From Planktothrix sp. (GTDB lineage: Bacteria; Cyanobacteriota; Cyanobacteriia; Cyanobacteriales; Microcoleaceae): a stretch of DNA of 64,000 nt. Numbering within the stretch: position 1 is the stretch's first letter; every line of letters starts with the position of its first letter. Positions 32,231 to 40,898 of the stretch are shown here, in pieces. The stretch spans positions 6,114 to 70,113 of the forward strand of contig JBIIDK010000001.1 of NCBI GenBank assembly GCA_044238405.1, given 5' to 3'. A program made the translations under genes and the position numbers. The notes beneath the pieces are model-generated. The model had not been told where the DNA came from. It ran no database searches and was given only the letters and a program-made list of their open reading frames with translations.

Positions 32231-32950
32231 TTAAGTTAAATTGGCTCCTGCTTCGGAATCTAATAACCACCATAATTCCCCAACGGGTTGAATCAGTCGG
32301 CTGGGATAAATCATCCCATCTCCTTGAGATGCAAACACTTGGGCTAAAGGTTGCTGTTTATTGGCTCCTGTGACTAAAAACATCACACAACGAGCCTGGT
32401 TAATCAAGGGAACCGTAAAGGTAATTCGAGGTTGACCGTCTTTGTTTCCAACCGTAATTAAGCGATCTGCAACGGTTAAGGCTTCGGTTTGCGGAAATAA
32501 CGATGCCGTGTGAGCATCATCTCCCATCCCTAATAAAACCAGATCAAAAGCGGGGAATTCTCCGGGGTTGAGATCAAAAAATTGCTCTAATTCCCGATTG
32601 TATTGTTCAGCATCCGATGAGGGGTCATTGGCTGCCGTTGGCATTGGGTGAATATGAGTTGGGGGAAAATTCACTCGATCCAGCCAAGCTTGTCGCGCCA
32701 TGCGTTGGTTACTGTCGGGATGATCACCGGGTACATAACGTTCATCGCCCCAAAAGACATGAATTTGATTCCAAGGTAACGGTTGTGCAGCTAATGCTTC
32801 ATACAACGGTTTGGGGGTGCTCCCTCCGGCTAAAGCGATTGTAAATTGATCCCGACTTTGAAGCGCATCTTGAATTTTAGCGAGAATAATATCTAAAGCT
32901 CGCTTCGTAAGTTCCTCTTTATTTGCTAAAATTTCTATAAATTTTTTCAT
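32231..32950 (-). CDS. pgl: 6-phosphogluconolactonase
   Basis: LAGGSTP, FWGDERYVP..SN, LLGMGDDAHTASLFP, RITFT. Confidence 0.97.
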   Translation of the reverse strand: MKKFIEILANKEELTKRALDIILAKIQDALQSRDQFTIALAGGSTPKPLYEALAAQPLPWNQIHVFWGDERYVPGDHPDSNQRMARQAWLDRVNFPPTHIHPMPTAANDPSSDAEQYNRELEQFFDLNPGEFPAFDLVLLGMGDDAHTASLFPQTEALTVADRLITVGNKDGQPRITFTVPLINQARCVMFLVTGANKQQPLAQVFASQGDGMIYPSRLIQPVGELWWLLDSEAGANLT

Positions 32951-33022
32951 CTTTCTTCCCCTTTGGAGACTCCCGCTAAATCGGTACTCCGATTAGCGGA
33001 GAGAGGAAAAAGGGGTTGGGTT

Positions 33023-34300
33023 TTATGTGGCATACAAGTAACCATCCTTTTTGTGAATTGTTGTACAGTATTTGTAGCTGATGCCTTGAATAATTGCTTC
33101 TTTCAGGGTGATATTAAAACTCCCACTTGAACGAACAGCAATTCGTCCTATATGTGTTCCAATTTTCTTACCTTTGGTAACAACAGCTTTAACTATATCG
33201 CCCGTTTGAAACCCTTTGACAAATTTAAAACGAGGAACATAACAAGAGGGAAAACCCAATTTATCTGTTCGGCACATTTGTCGGGAACCATGACCTGTTG
33301 CTTTGATTAATAAAGGTTTATTGGTTAAAACCTTTAAAGTTTCAACTTTCCCAACGCAAGCTGCATCTAACCAATGGGTTTTAGACAAGTTTAATTGAGT
33401 CCGATTGAATTTAGTTAAACCACCGGAACCTGTTTCAACAGGTAAACCCGTTTCTTTTAACCGATTAAACAGTAACCATCGAGTTGAATTAACTACTGTA
33501 GCATCTTTTAAGGGTTGTTTAGCTTGTCTCAAAATCCTTAGCAGTAAGTCAGATTTACTCGATAGAAAATCTTGAATATCTTGATTTCCTTTCTTTTGGT
33601 TACAGTCATGACAAGCAACAGTAAGATTTGAAATTCGGTCAGTTCCGCCTTGGGATTTGGGGTGAATATGTTCTACTTCTAAGGGTACGTTTTCAATTCC
33701 ACAGTAAGCACATTTTCTACCCCATTTTTCCAATAAGTATTGCCGAACCTCGTATCCTTGTAACTCTCCTTGTTGATACTGAATTCCACTGATTTCAGGA
33801 TTTTCAAGTTGCTGTAAGTCAAATCTCACTAACTCTTGAACAATTGAACCAATCGGTGCAAATTTAATTAATTTGTTGACCCAGGTTAGAGTTGTTTCTA
33901 CTCGATGTTGAAGACTGGGTGTTAACCCACCTTCTTGTCTTTTTCGGTTTAAGAATCGAGGTTGACGATATCTAGTTTTACGATTTCTTCGGGAGCGACG
34001 CAATGAACGTCGAGATTCCAAAGACATTTTAATTGTTTGACCTCGATGAGTTAATTCCGCACCCCAAATTACTTTGTTTCCCTGAACTAATGCCATTCCC
34101 GTAGTTTTTGAACCGGGGTCAATTTTAAGAGTGATTTGTTCTATTTCTGATTCGGGTTTTGACTCCTTCAAGATAATAGTAAACGGATAACGGCGATAAA
34201 CAGCAGCTTGACCTTGATTCAATAACAATCGAGCTTGAGCAGGATGTACTGGGTTTTGAGGCTGTTTATTCGGATCAATTACAAAAACGTAATTAGACAT
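33023..34300 (-). CDS. iscB: RNA-guided endonuclease IscB (RRXRR/PLMP, split RuvC, HNH)
   Basis: PQNPVHPAQAR (PLMP-like), IDPGSKTTG RuvC-I, Arg-rich bridge helix, QELVRFD RuvC-II, CAYCG..EHIHP..NL...C..CN HNH, HWLDAAC RuvC-III; catalytic residues appear intact. Confidence 0.95.
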   Translation of the reverse strand: MSNYVFVIDPNKQPQNPVHPAQARLLLNQGQAAVYRRYPFTIILKESKPESEIEQITLKIDPGSKTTGMALVQGNKVIWGAELTHRGQTIKMSLESRRSLRRSRRNRKTRYRQPRFLNRKRQEGGLTPSLQHRVETTLTWVNKLIKFAPIGSIVQELVRFDLQQLENPEISGIQYQQGELQGYEVRQYLLEKWGRKCAYCGIENVPLEVEHIHPKSQGGTDRISNLTVACHDCNQKKGNQDIQDFLSSKSDLLLRILRQAKQPLKDATVVNSTRWLLFNRLKETGLPVETGSGGLTKFNRTQLNLSKTHWLDAACVGKVETLKVLTNKPLLIKATGHGSRQMCRTDKLGFPSCYVPRFKFVKGFQTGDIVKAVVTKGKKIGTHIGRIAVRSSGSFNITLKEAIIQGISYKYCTTIHKKDGYLYAT

Positions 34301-34557
34301 AAGTTGACTCCTATTTCTAGGGTAATGTTAGCTTCGACAATGTTAGTGGTCGGTACTTTCTCGTTTTGCACTTCCTTAACCCGCTAAAGATGTTTAACAA
34401 CTGAGTTTTAGAGCTTGGGACTAGCTACGCATCCCAAGGTAAGAACTTTAACGCTTTTCCACTAACGTAGTGCTTAAGAAGCACTTAGTCTGGTCAACTT
34501 GGGCTGTATTTCAAGCCCCCACTGTAGTTGTACTCAAGTCAGTGGTGGGTTGTTGAC
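34301..34557 (-). ncRNA. omegaRNA scaffold of IscB; guide derived from flank ~34558-34577
   Basis: Minus strand reads GTCAACAACCC...GTTGACCAGACTAAG...CTACGTT...ACATTGTCGAAGCTAACATTACC..AGGAG-ATG, the typical omegaRNA/HEARO motif order. Confidence 0.88.
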
Positions 34558-34833
34558 TTAGGTAGCCTCAGAGATTAATTTAGGCATGAAAGCAACAGGC
34601 TACAATAATAATAAAAGGTTTTGTCCGCGATTCGGTTGGGGTTTACCACCGAGCACTAAAGTTAAAGATTGACCGTTGAGGGAATTAGGCAATTGTGCTT
34701 GGAGCCATGAGCCAGACGTTAATTTCTTTTCTCCTTTTCTGTTGTCCCCATTTCCCCCACTTTTTTGCTTTCTTTGCCTTGCAACTGTCGCGCTCCTGTT
34801 CCTTTCAATACAGCAACAAGCTGTCTATAAGTT

Positions 34834-36060
34834 ATGTCTATTCATAAACGACTTCCTGAAACCATCGGTGCTGTTGGTGAAGCGTTTCAGTTTCTCCTAC
34901 AACCTCGCATTTGGGGTTCCCTTAGCGTTCTGGCGGTAGTGGGAATGTTTTTTTGGCAGTTTTCTGAACATCCTGACTGGTTTAGTTTGGATGCAGAATC
35001 AATTCCCAAGCTGGGTAACGCCTTGAATCAACTGACCCCAGAAGAACAATCCATTGCTGCCGATATTGATAGTTCTCAACTGTTATTGGATGAGTTAAAT
35101 CGAAATAATTCTGGTGTTGTACCTTTAAACACAAGTATATCCTTGGGGCAAGACTTACTTAAACAAGCACAAGAATCAGCTAAAAAATCTGAATCTTCCT
35201 CTAATTCAAACCCAATCTTAGACAGTATACTTTCAGGTTCATCTCCCAAAACACAACCCTCAGTACAGCAGAATACATCTACTCTTTCTAACAATCTAAA
35301 TTCCATTTCTGATCCGGCTCAAACGTCCACCCAGCCTAATCCTAACTTGGGTTTAAATCAGCCAACCTCACCCTCAGCAAAAACCCAAACCCCCCAAACG
35401 GCAACCTCCGCCTTACAACAAGCCATGCAGAACTATCTGCAAACCCAAGCAACCGTAAACCCAGATCTAGCGTTACCTTCTAACGCAACTCCCGAATCCA
35501 CTGCAAGCTCTGAAAACCCATCATCAACTTTCTCAACTTTATCTCCGAATCATCTCACAAATCCTAACGCAGCATTAAATCCCCCTTCAGGAAAAACCGT
35601 TGGTCTCACACCCTTTACAGGAACTCCCACGATTACAGGGCAAACCTTCGCACCGACTTGGAGTGTTCCCAGAAACAATCCGAATTCTGCGGTGGGTACA
35701 GTTCCTCTTCCGGTTCAAAACCCCTATCAAACCAACGTTACCCTACCTCCTGCGGTTCCCACAGTCCCAACGGTAACGCCCGGAAACCCAAACTATTCTA
35801 ATCTCAATGCTTATCCTTATACCGGACAACCAGCCTATCCTAATAATTATATTGCACCCTCCTATTCTGTTACTCCAAATCCTGGAAGTTATAGCACCGT
35901 TCAACCAATTCAACCGAATAGCTATATGACTCCTAGTAATATGAATCCTAATTTACAACCGGGTCAAATCGGTCAAACCCAACCTAATTTTTCTATTCCT
36001 AATCAGGTTCCGGGTCGTTATATTGGCGGAGGGGAAATTAATACATTTGCCAATCCTTAG
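34834..36060 (+). CDS. Membrane-anchored Pro/Ser/Asn-rich hypothetical protein
   Basis: Single TM near the N-terminus, long low-complexity region, conserved-looking end PGRYIGGGEINTFANP. Confidence 0.75.
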   Translation: MSIHKRLPETIGAVGEAFQFLLQPRIWGSLSVLAVVGMFFWQFSEHPDWFSLDAESIPKLGNALNQLTPEEQSIAADIDSSQLLLDELNRNNSGVVPLNTSISLGQDLLKQAQESAKKSESSSNSNPILDSILSGSSPKTQPSVQQNTSTLSNNLNSISDPAQTSTQPNPNLGLNQPTSPSAKTQTPQTATSALQQAMQNYLQTQATVNPDLALPSNATPESTASSENPSSTFSTLSPNHLTNPNAALNPPSGKTVGLTPFTGTPTITGQTFAPTWSVPRNNPNSAVGTVPLPVQNPYQTNVTLPPAVPTVPTVTPGNPNYSNLNAYPYTGQPAYPNNYIAPSYSVTPNPGSYSTVQPIQPNSYMTPSNMNPNLQPGQIGQTQPNFSIPNQVPGRYIGGGEINTFANP

Positions 36061-36213
36061 TTCGTAATTAAATTAATGATAACGTTAAAATAAGCGAGCG
36101 AACTCTGGGACAGTTCAGCTAAAGTTTTGTTGTTAATATTGAACTAATCTAACTTTAAAACCTGACGATACTATAATCATCCCAATCTTAATTATCGCTG
36201 TTACCCATTCAAA

Positions 36214-37333
36214 TTAATCTCTATCTCTATCTGGAATATTGCACTCAGGGCATTCTCCAAAATACCACTGATTTTCCTCCTCATTGTACCAAGATGTCCA
36301 AACTTCATCACTATTATAGGAACTTTCCAAAAAGTCATCTTCATCTTCTTCCAATATAGATAAAATATCTCTTTTTTTATCTGGACGATCAAATTTTTTC
36401 AATGCTTCAAAAAGCATTTCTTCAGAAGATGTTTCAGCATTCCAAACCTCTTCAAAAACAGCCGTAGAATATTCTTCGTCGTTGTATGTCCTAGCATAAA
36501 CACTCAAAATTTCTCCAGAAAAAAAAGTTCCAATATAAACAGAAGGCTTTTTGATCCAATCATAGCCACGAGCGCGTCGATTATAATATTCAACAACTAC
36601 ATCACTGCCACCTGGTTCGTGTGAAAGAATATTTGTTCGAGCTTCGCGCTTAACCCAGAATACACAATTAACAAGATGTTCTGGTAAACCGATATAAACG
36701 TGTTCAATTTCTTCATTTCTTTTTAACCTGTCTTCAAGTTGTAATTGTTTTTGAGCTTTTATTTTTTCAGTTTGAGATTGCTTACGAACTCGATCTTCTT
36801 CTTCTGCTTCTTTTTTCTGACGAATTTTTTCGTTACGTTGTTGCTCAAACTCATTTTTACGAACTGAACCCACCAAAGCTAAGTAGGTGGGCATAAATAA
36901 CGTCAACTAACAAAAAGCTAAACTCCTTATTCTGAAGGACTTACAGCGTTTATCATTTTAACTTTAATTATGACCACGTAATTAGTGTAATTTCATCTAA
37001 CCATTGGGGTACGGAACTATCAATATCAACCCAAATATTTTCAATATAAGCAACCAAATCATTTTGCTCATGCTGAGGGATATCTTGTGTCTTTAACCAA
37101 ATCTTCCTTACTTTTTCACGATCACTATTATCAATCTCATACCAAAAGTTAATATCTACGGATGAACCAGAATCTAATTCTTTAGCTAGTTCGGGGTAAT
37201 CATGCTTGATACTTCTAATATGAAACCAAACTCCCTTTTTTTGTCGTTGGTAAGTATTCTTAAATGTGCAACTTACAAAACCGAAGCCTCTCTCTACATT
37301 GTATTCACGAATATGACCAAATTCAATTTCCAT
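36214..37333 (-). pseudogene. Cold-shock-like-domain protein (338 aa if restored) split by a MITE
   Basis: N-terminal FGHIREYNVERGFGFV..VWFHI CSD pattern; deleting 36882-36984 rejoins the two ORFs in frame as ..DEITL-ALVGSVRK.. Confidence 0.85.
36882..36982. mobile_element. 101-bp MITE with TA target-site duplication (IS630/Tc1-like)
   Basis: TA at 36880-81 and 36983-84; imperfect TIRs agtaggtgggcataaataa / attacgtggtcataattaa (15/19); inserted into a CTAG site. Confidence 0.85.
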
Positions 37334-37466
37334 AAATTTAATCCCTCAGATTTACGTCAAATTTAACCTAGCCTAGATAATCAATATTTGTTTTACTAAA
37401 TTATTATAATCAATTTGAATTGTAGTTCCACTTTAGGTAGAGGTAGAACTACAATCATACTTAGAT

Positions 37467-37967
37467 TTAATCTTTTTCTACTTGATCACGTATGTCCCTA
37501 AAATCAATGTAGTGCATACCAGCCACAGTTCTCAACTCGTGAGCTATAACGCCTTGAGTTGACAGGACAAGAAAGCGTTTTCCTCTAGCACGCAAAAGTT
37601 CTAAAGGTCTTTCAAAGTCACCATCTCCACTAACAAGCACAGCCATGTCGTAATGTTCAATAGTATTAAACATATCTAAAACTATTTCAATATCCAAATT
37701 TGCTTTTTGTCTAACAGAACCATCATTTTGAAGAATTTGCTTTAATGTTTTGTTAACTATTACATATCCCATATTGGTTAAAGCCCTGAGATAGTTTTCT
37801 TGTCTTGCATCAGGTGGAGCTTCTACACCAGTGTAGTAGAAAGCATCAACGATGTCACCTTTCGTGCTAACAAAATCTAGAATTTTTTTAGGATCTGCCC
37901 ACCAGTGCAATGAATCTCTTTGCATATAAAAGAAGTTAGCGCCATCAATAAATAAAGAGACCTGCAT
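37467..37967 (-). CDS. NYN domain (LabA/DUF88 PIN-like) protein
   Basis: FIDGANFF, QKANLDIEIVLDM, LVSGDGDFERPL, YIDF. Confidence 0.92.
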   Translation of the reverse strand: MQVSLFIDGANFFYMQRDSLHWWADPKKILDFVSTKGDIVDAFYYTGVEAPPDARQENYLRALTNMGYVIVNKTLKQILQNDGSVRQKANLDIEIVLDMFNTIEHYDMAVLVSGDGDFERPLELLRARGKRFLVLSTQGVIAHELRTVAGMHYIDFRDIRDQVEKD

Positions 37968-38023
37968 TATCTTACTCCCAATGGTTTAGGGTTCTATTAT
38001 CATCCCATCATAAAAACTTAACA

Positions 38024-38104
38024 AGACGGAAAAGGACGGATAAAGAAGGAGATTTTCTTCAGTATGTGTAAAGTGGGCGGAAAATGACGGATAATGGCGG
38101 AAAA
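38024..38104 (+). promoter_or_regulatory. Two arrays of 10-bp direct repeats nG(A/G)CGGA(A/T)AA (2+3 copies), operator-like
   Basis: agacggaaaa/ggacggataa (38024-43) and gggcggaaaa/tgacggataa/tggcggaaaa (38075-104). Confidence 0.65.
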
Positions 38105-38137
38105 GTAATTTTTTTTGGGGGGGTCAATCTCAAAGAG

Positions 38138-38671
38138 ATGGACTGGGAAACCGTGTTAAAGTCGATTGATGAGTTAGTCTTTAAACAAACCGGAAAGCAC
38201 CTTGATAGTTTGCAAATGGAAATTTTAAAGGGGGTTTTCAATAGTCAGAAGTATAGAGAGATTGCAGAACGGTATAAATGTACTAAGGGTCATGTCAAGG
38301 ATGAGGGATATGAACTCTGGCAACTTTTGTCAGAAATCTTAGGAGAAGACCTAAATAAGTCTAATTTTTGCGCTACGGTTGAACGGTTAGGAATTGCTAA
38401 TTCTCACTCTAGGCTCGTTAATCCAGTTCAGATTGGTCATTTTAATCTTTACACTAATTCCGAAGCAGTAGAATTAGAAAATAGAGATACCCTAAATACT
38501 GAATCAAATCAGCAAAATACAAGACCTTCCAAGCGAACAATGGACGATGTTTTGCGTGTTACCCAATTAAAAACTATTTCTAAGTTAATCAAACTAGGTT
38601 TAACAGCAGAACAAATTGCTGAAGTTGTTGATTTACCTTTAAATGAAGTACAGGAAGCTATGGAAAAATAA
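38138..38671 (+). CDS. Protein with N-terminal winged-HTH (vWA-MoxR/STAND-associated type) and C-terminal Rpn-like HTH
   Basis: HLDSLQMEILKG..KYREIA...YELWQLLSEILGE.LNKSNF; LIKLGLTAEQIAEVVDLPLNEV; start ATG38138 preferred. Confidence 0.65.
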   Translation: MDWETVLKSIDELVFKQTGKHLDSLQMEILKGVFNSQKYREIAERYKCTKGHVKDEGYELWQLLSEILGEDLNKSNFCATVERLGIANSHSRLVNPVQIGHFNLYTNSEAVELENRDTLNTESNQQNTRPSKRTMDDVLRVTQLKTISKLIKLGLTAEQIAEVVDLPLNEVQEAMEK

Positions 38672-38797
38672 ATTAACATTGGTTTAATTATCACTTTCAA
38701 TTGATAGATTAGCAGCAAGCCCAAGAATTTCGCCAAAAGAGGAAACAGGAAGTCAATCTGTATTTTTCGATTAGTGGCAGTGGTTTAGAGGCAGGAC

Positions 38798-38826
38798 TTG
38801 ACAGGATTAAAACCACCCTCTATACT
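38798..38826 (+). promoter_or_regulatory. Near-consensus sigma70 promoter
   Basis: TTGACA (38798-803) - 17 nt - TATACT (38821-26). Confidence 0.8.
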
Positions 38827-38832
38827 AGAATG

Positions 38833-38974
38833 TAGAAGTATGGATGCAGCAGACATGAGATAATCATGACATCCCGTTACCCTTTAGGGTCGAGGCAAGT
38901 CCGGTAAAGACGTTCTGAATACCAAAAATATAAACAAGTTTTTGGCGAAGGCTCCTTAAGGAGCCTTTGTTATT
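38833..38974 (+). ncRNA. Predicted ~140-nt structured sRNA
   Basis: Lies between the promoter and terminator; stems GGATG/CATCC enclosing CATGA/TCATG, CG-ACCC/GGGT-CG, CCAAAAA/TTTTTGG; no long ORF. Confidence 0.55.
38948..38974 (+). terminator. Intrinsic terminator hairpin
   Basis: Perfect 20-bp palindrome AAGGCTCCTTAAGGAGCCTT followed by TGTTATT; contains the stop of the convergent gene. Confidence 0.7.
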
Positions 38975-39582
38975 GAAGGCTTCGGTAGTTTCTTATTATT
39001 CAATAAGTTCTTAGCTATGACGAAGAAATTGACTTTCTGTCTTTTTTCCTGTACACCTTCGGATTGGGGATAGGCACTTGTTACATGGAGTCTTAGCCTT
39101 TTAGTTTCCCTGAATACTTTAAAAACAACAAAATAATCAACTTTAACACCCTTGGAGTCCACAACTTTCACAATTGCATAATTTCCATACCCTGCATGAC
39201 AGACTAAGGTTGCACTCTGACCAAGTGCCTTGATAATTTCAGGTAACTGCTTTGATAGGTAATATCTCTCAAAGTTAAAGGGTCTGGACTCTCTTGGCGC
39301 ATTGTACATCAATAATTGTGATTCTTCCTCTGTAAGATCTTCCGATTCTTTTGTAAAGCAGTGTAAGCCATAGGTTACTATAAATTTATATTTAATTAGG
39401 TTATTTGTGTCTCTATCATCAAGATATTCAACCGAATGGGCGTTTAGATGTGATAAATCGTAAATTTCACTATTTAGTGTAAAATTTCTCCAGTTTTTAA
39501 CTTCTGTTTCAACAGTATTAAATCTTTCAACCATTTGAGTATAATATATAGAAATTCGCGCTATTGTATTTACAAATGACAA
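38956..39582 (-). CDS. Hypothetical protein, possible BECR/RelE-superfamily RNase
   Basis: YDLSHL..TYGLHCFT..RPFNFERYYLSKQLPEII..YFVVF..LHVTSAYP; the fold call is inference. Confidence 0.5.
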   Translation of the reverse strand: MSFVNTIARISIYYTQMVERFNTVETEVKNWRNFTLNSEIYDLSHLNAHSVEYLDDRDTNNLIKYKFIVTYGLHCFTKESEDLTEEESQLLMYNAPRESRPFNFERYYLSKQLPEIIKALGQSATLVCHAGYGNYAIVKVVDSKGVKVDYFVVFKVFRETKRLRLHVTSAYPQSEGVQEKRQKVNFFVIAKNLLNNKKLPKPSITKAP

Positions 39583-39719
39583 GCATAATTCTACAACAAA
39601 GATACAAAGAACACAAAGAAATTCTAAACGCTAAGTTATCATTGCTATAACTAAAAAATGTAGTGCTATATCAATCATCACTCCTTCTTGGCGATACACC
39701 CATTTATCTCCTCGAATTT

Positions 39720-40898
39720 CTACTTAGAAGCACGAACTAATAAAAAACTCGCAATTCCAATGCCTAAAAATGTTGGCAACCAAGCGGCGAAAAAGGGAGT
39801 TAGAATTTCTTTTTGACCTAATGCTCCGGTGATAAACGAAAGTAAATAATATCCGAAAATAACCATAACACTAATCCCGAAACTCGTAGCGCGGCTGGTG
39901 CTTTGGGGTCTACTGCCTAATGCAACTCCTAATAACGCGAAGACCACACAGGAGAAGGGCAGAGCATATTTTTGTTGAATTCTAACTTTGGTTTTAACGA
40001 TTCTTTGTTGATCACCACTTAATTTCATCAACTTTAAATAATCTTGAGCTTGAGCAATATTCATCTCATCAAACCCCCGTTTTTTGGAGGCTAAATCTAA
40101 CGGAGTTCGTGACAGTTTAATTTGTTTGTGATCAAAGCGAACAATATTGCGATAGGAACCATCGGGATTAACAATATAAATAGTACCATTAAAGAAATCC
40201 CAGGTATTTTGAGCAAAATTCCAATTGGCAGATTTTGAAGAAATAATTTGAGTCAAATCGGGTTGAGAGCGATCTAAAATCGTGACTTCCAACATTTGAC
40301 CGCGATCAAACTTTTCAGCATAAAACAATCGGACTAAGCGACTAATTTTTTTATCCGTTCCTTCAATTTCAATTTTATCATATTCAGGATAAAAAATATT
40401 ATCTTCCTGAATCGGAAGCTGACCTTCATTTAACGCTTTTTCATAGGTAATAGAGGCTCGATAATTGGCAGCAGGAACAATTACCTCATTAAAACCAAAG
40501 GTTAAACCTGTAATCAAAAAACTAAAGATTAAAGTTGGAATCAGCAACCGATATAAACTAATCCCACAACTTCTTAAGGCAATTAATTCACTATCACTGG
40601 ATAAACGACCATAAACCATTAATGCACTTAAAATCATCGCCATCGGAAAGGCTAAAACGATGAATTCTGGCATTTTTAAGAGAAAAATCTGCACCGCAAT
40701 AGAAACCGCCATTCCCGATTCTGCCACTTGTCGAACTAAGTCAAAAACGGTTCCGACCGTGAGAGCAACAGAACTAAATAATCCGACTCCAAAGACAAAG
40801 GGCGGAATAATTTCTTGGATTAAATATCGATCTAAAATTGAGACAGAGGGGAGGAAAAATTGACCTGAACCCCAGGGTTTAGAAAGAGTGATTTTCAT
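39720..40898 (-). CDS. LptF/LptG family permease
   Basis: LDRYLIQE, LSSDSELIALRSCGIS, KYALPFSC, AAWLP. Confidence 0.92.
   Translation of the reverse strand: MKITLSKPWGSGQFFLPSVSILDRYLIQEIIPPFVFGVGLFSSVALTVGTVFDLVRQVAESGMAVSIAVQIFLLKMPEFIVLAFPMAMILSALMVYGRLSSDSELIALRSCGISLYRLLIPTLIFSFLITGLTFGFNEVIVPAANYRASITYEKALNEGQLPIQEDNIFYPEYDKIEIEGTDKKISRLVRLFYAEKFDRGQMLEVTILDRSQPDLTQIISSKSANWNFAQNTWDFFNGTIYIVNPDGSYRNIVRFDHKQIKLSRTPLDLASKKRGFDEMNIAQAQDYLKLMKLSGDQQRIVKTKVRIQQKYALPFSCVVFALLGVALGSRPQSTSRATSFGISVMVIFGYYLLSFITGALGQKEILTPFFAAWLPTFLGIGIASFLLVRASK

Larger units (their letters stand above)
32951..34557 (-). mobile_element. Non-autonomous IS200/IS605-superfamily IscB element (1607 bp, no tnpA)
   Basis: Begins right after TTCAT (32946-50) with subterminal hairpin ccgctaaatcgg-tact-ccgattagcgg; ends ...gggttgttgac at 34557 after a cccccact..agtggtggg hairpin. 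Confidence 0.85.

Noticed and set aside
34676-34939. 87-aa ORF upstream of the Pro-rich gene
   Set aside because: Overlaps the real ORF start in another frame; no recognisable features
38084-38137. ORF-track start of the HTH gene at 38084
   Set aside because: The ATG lies inside the 10-bp repeat array; ATG38138 (MDWETVL) fits the domain start better
36061-39719. tRNA/att-site integration or prophage origin for the AT-rich islet
   Set aside because: No tRNA, integrase, phage genes or flanking direct repeats were seen
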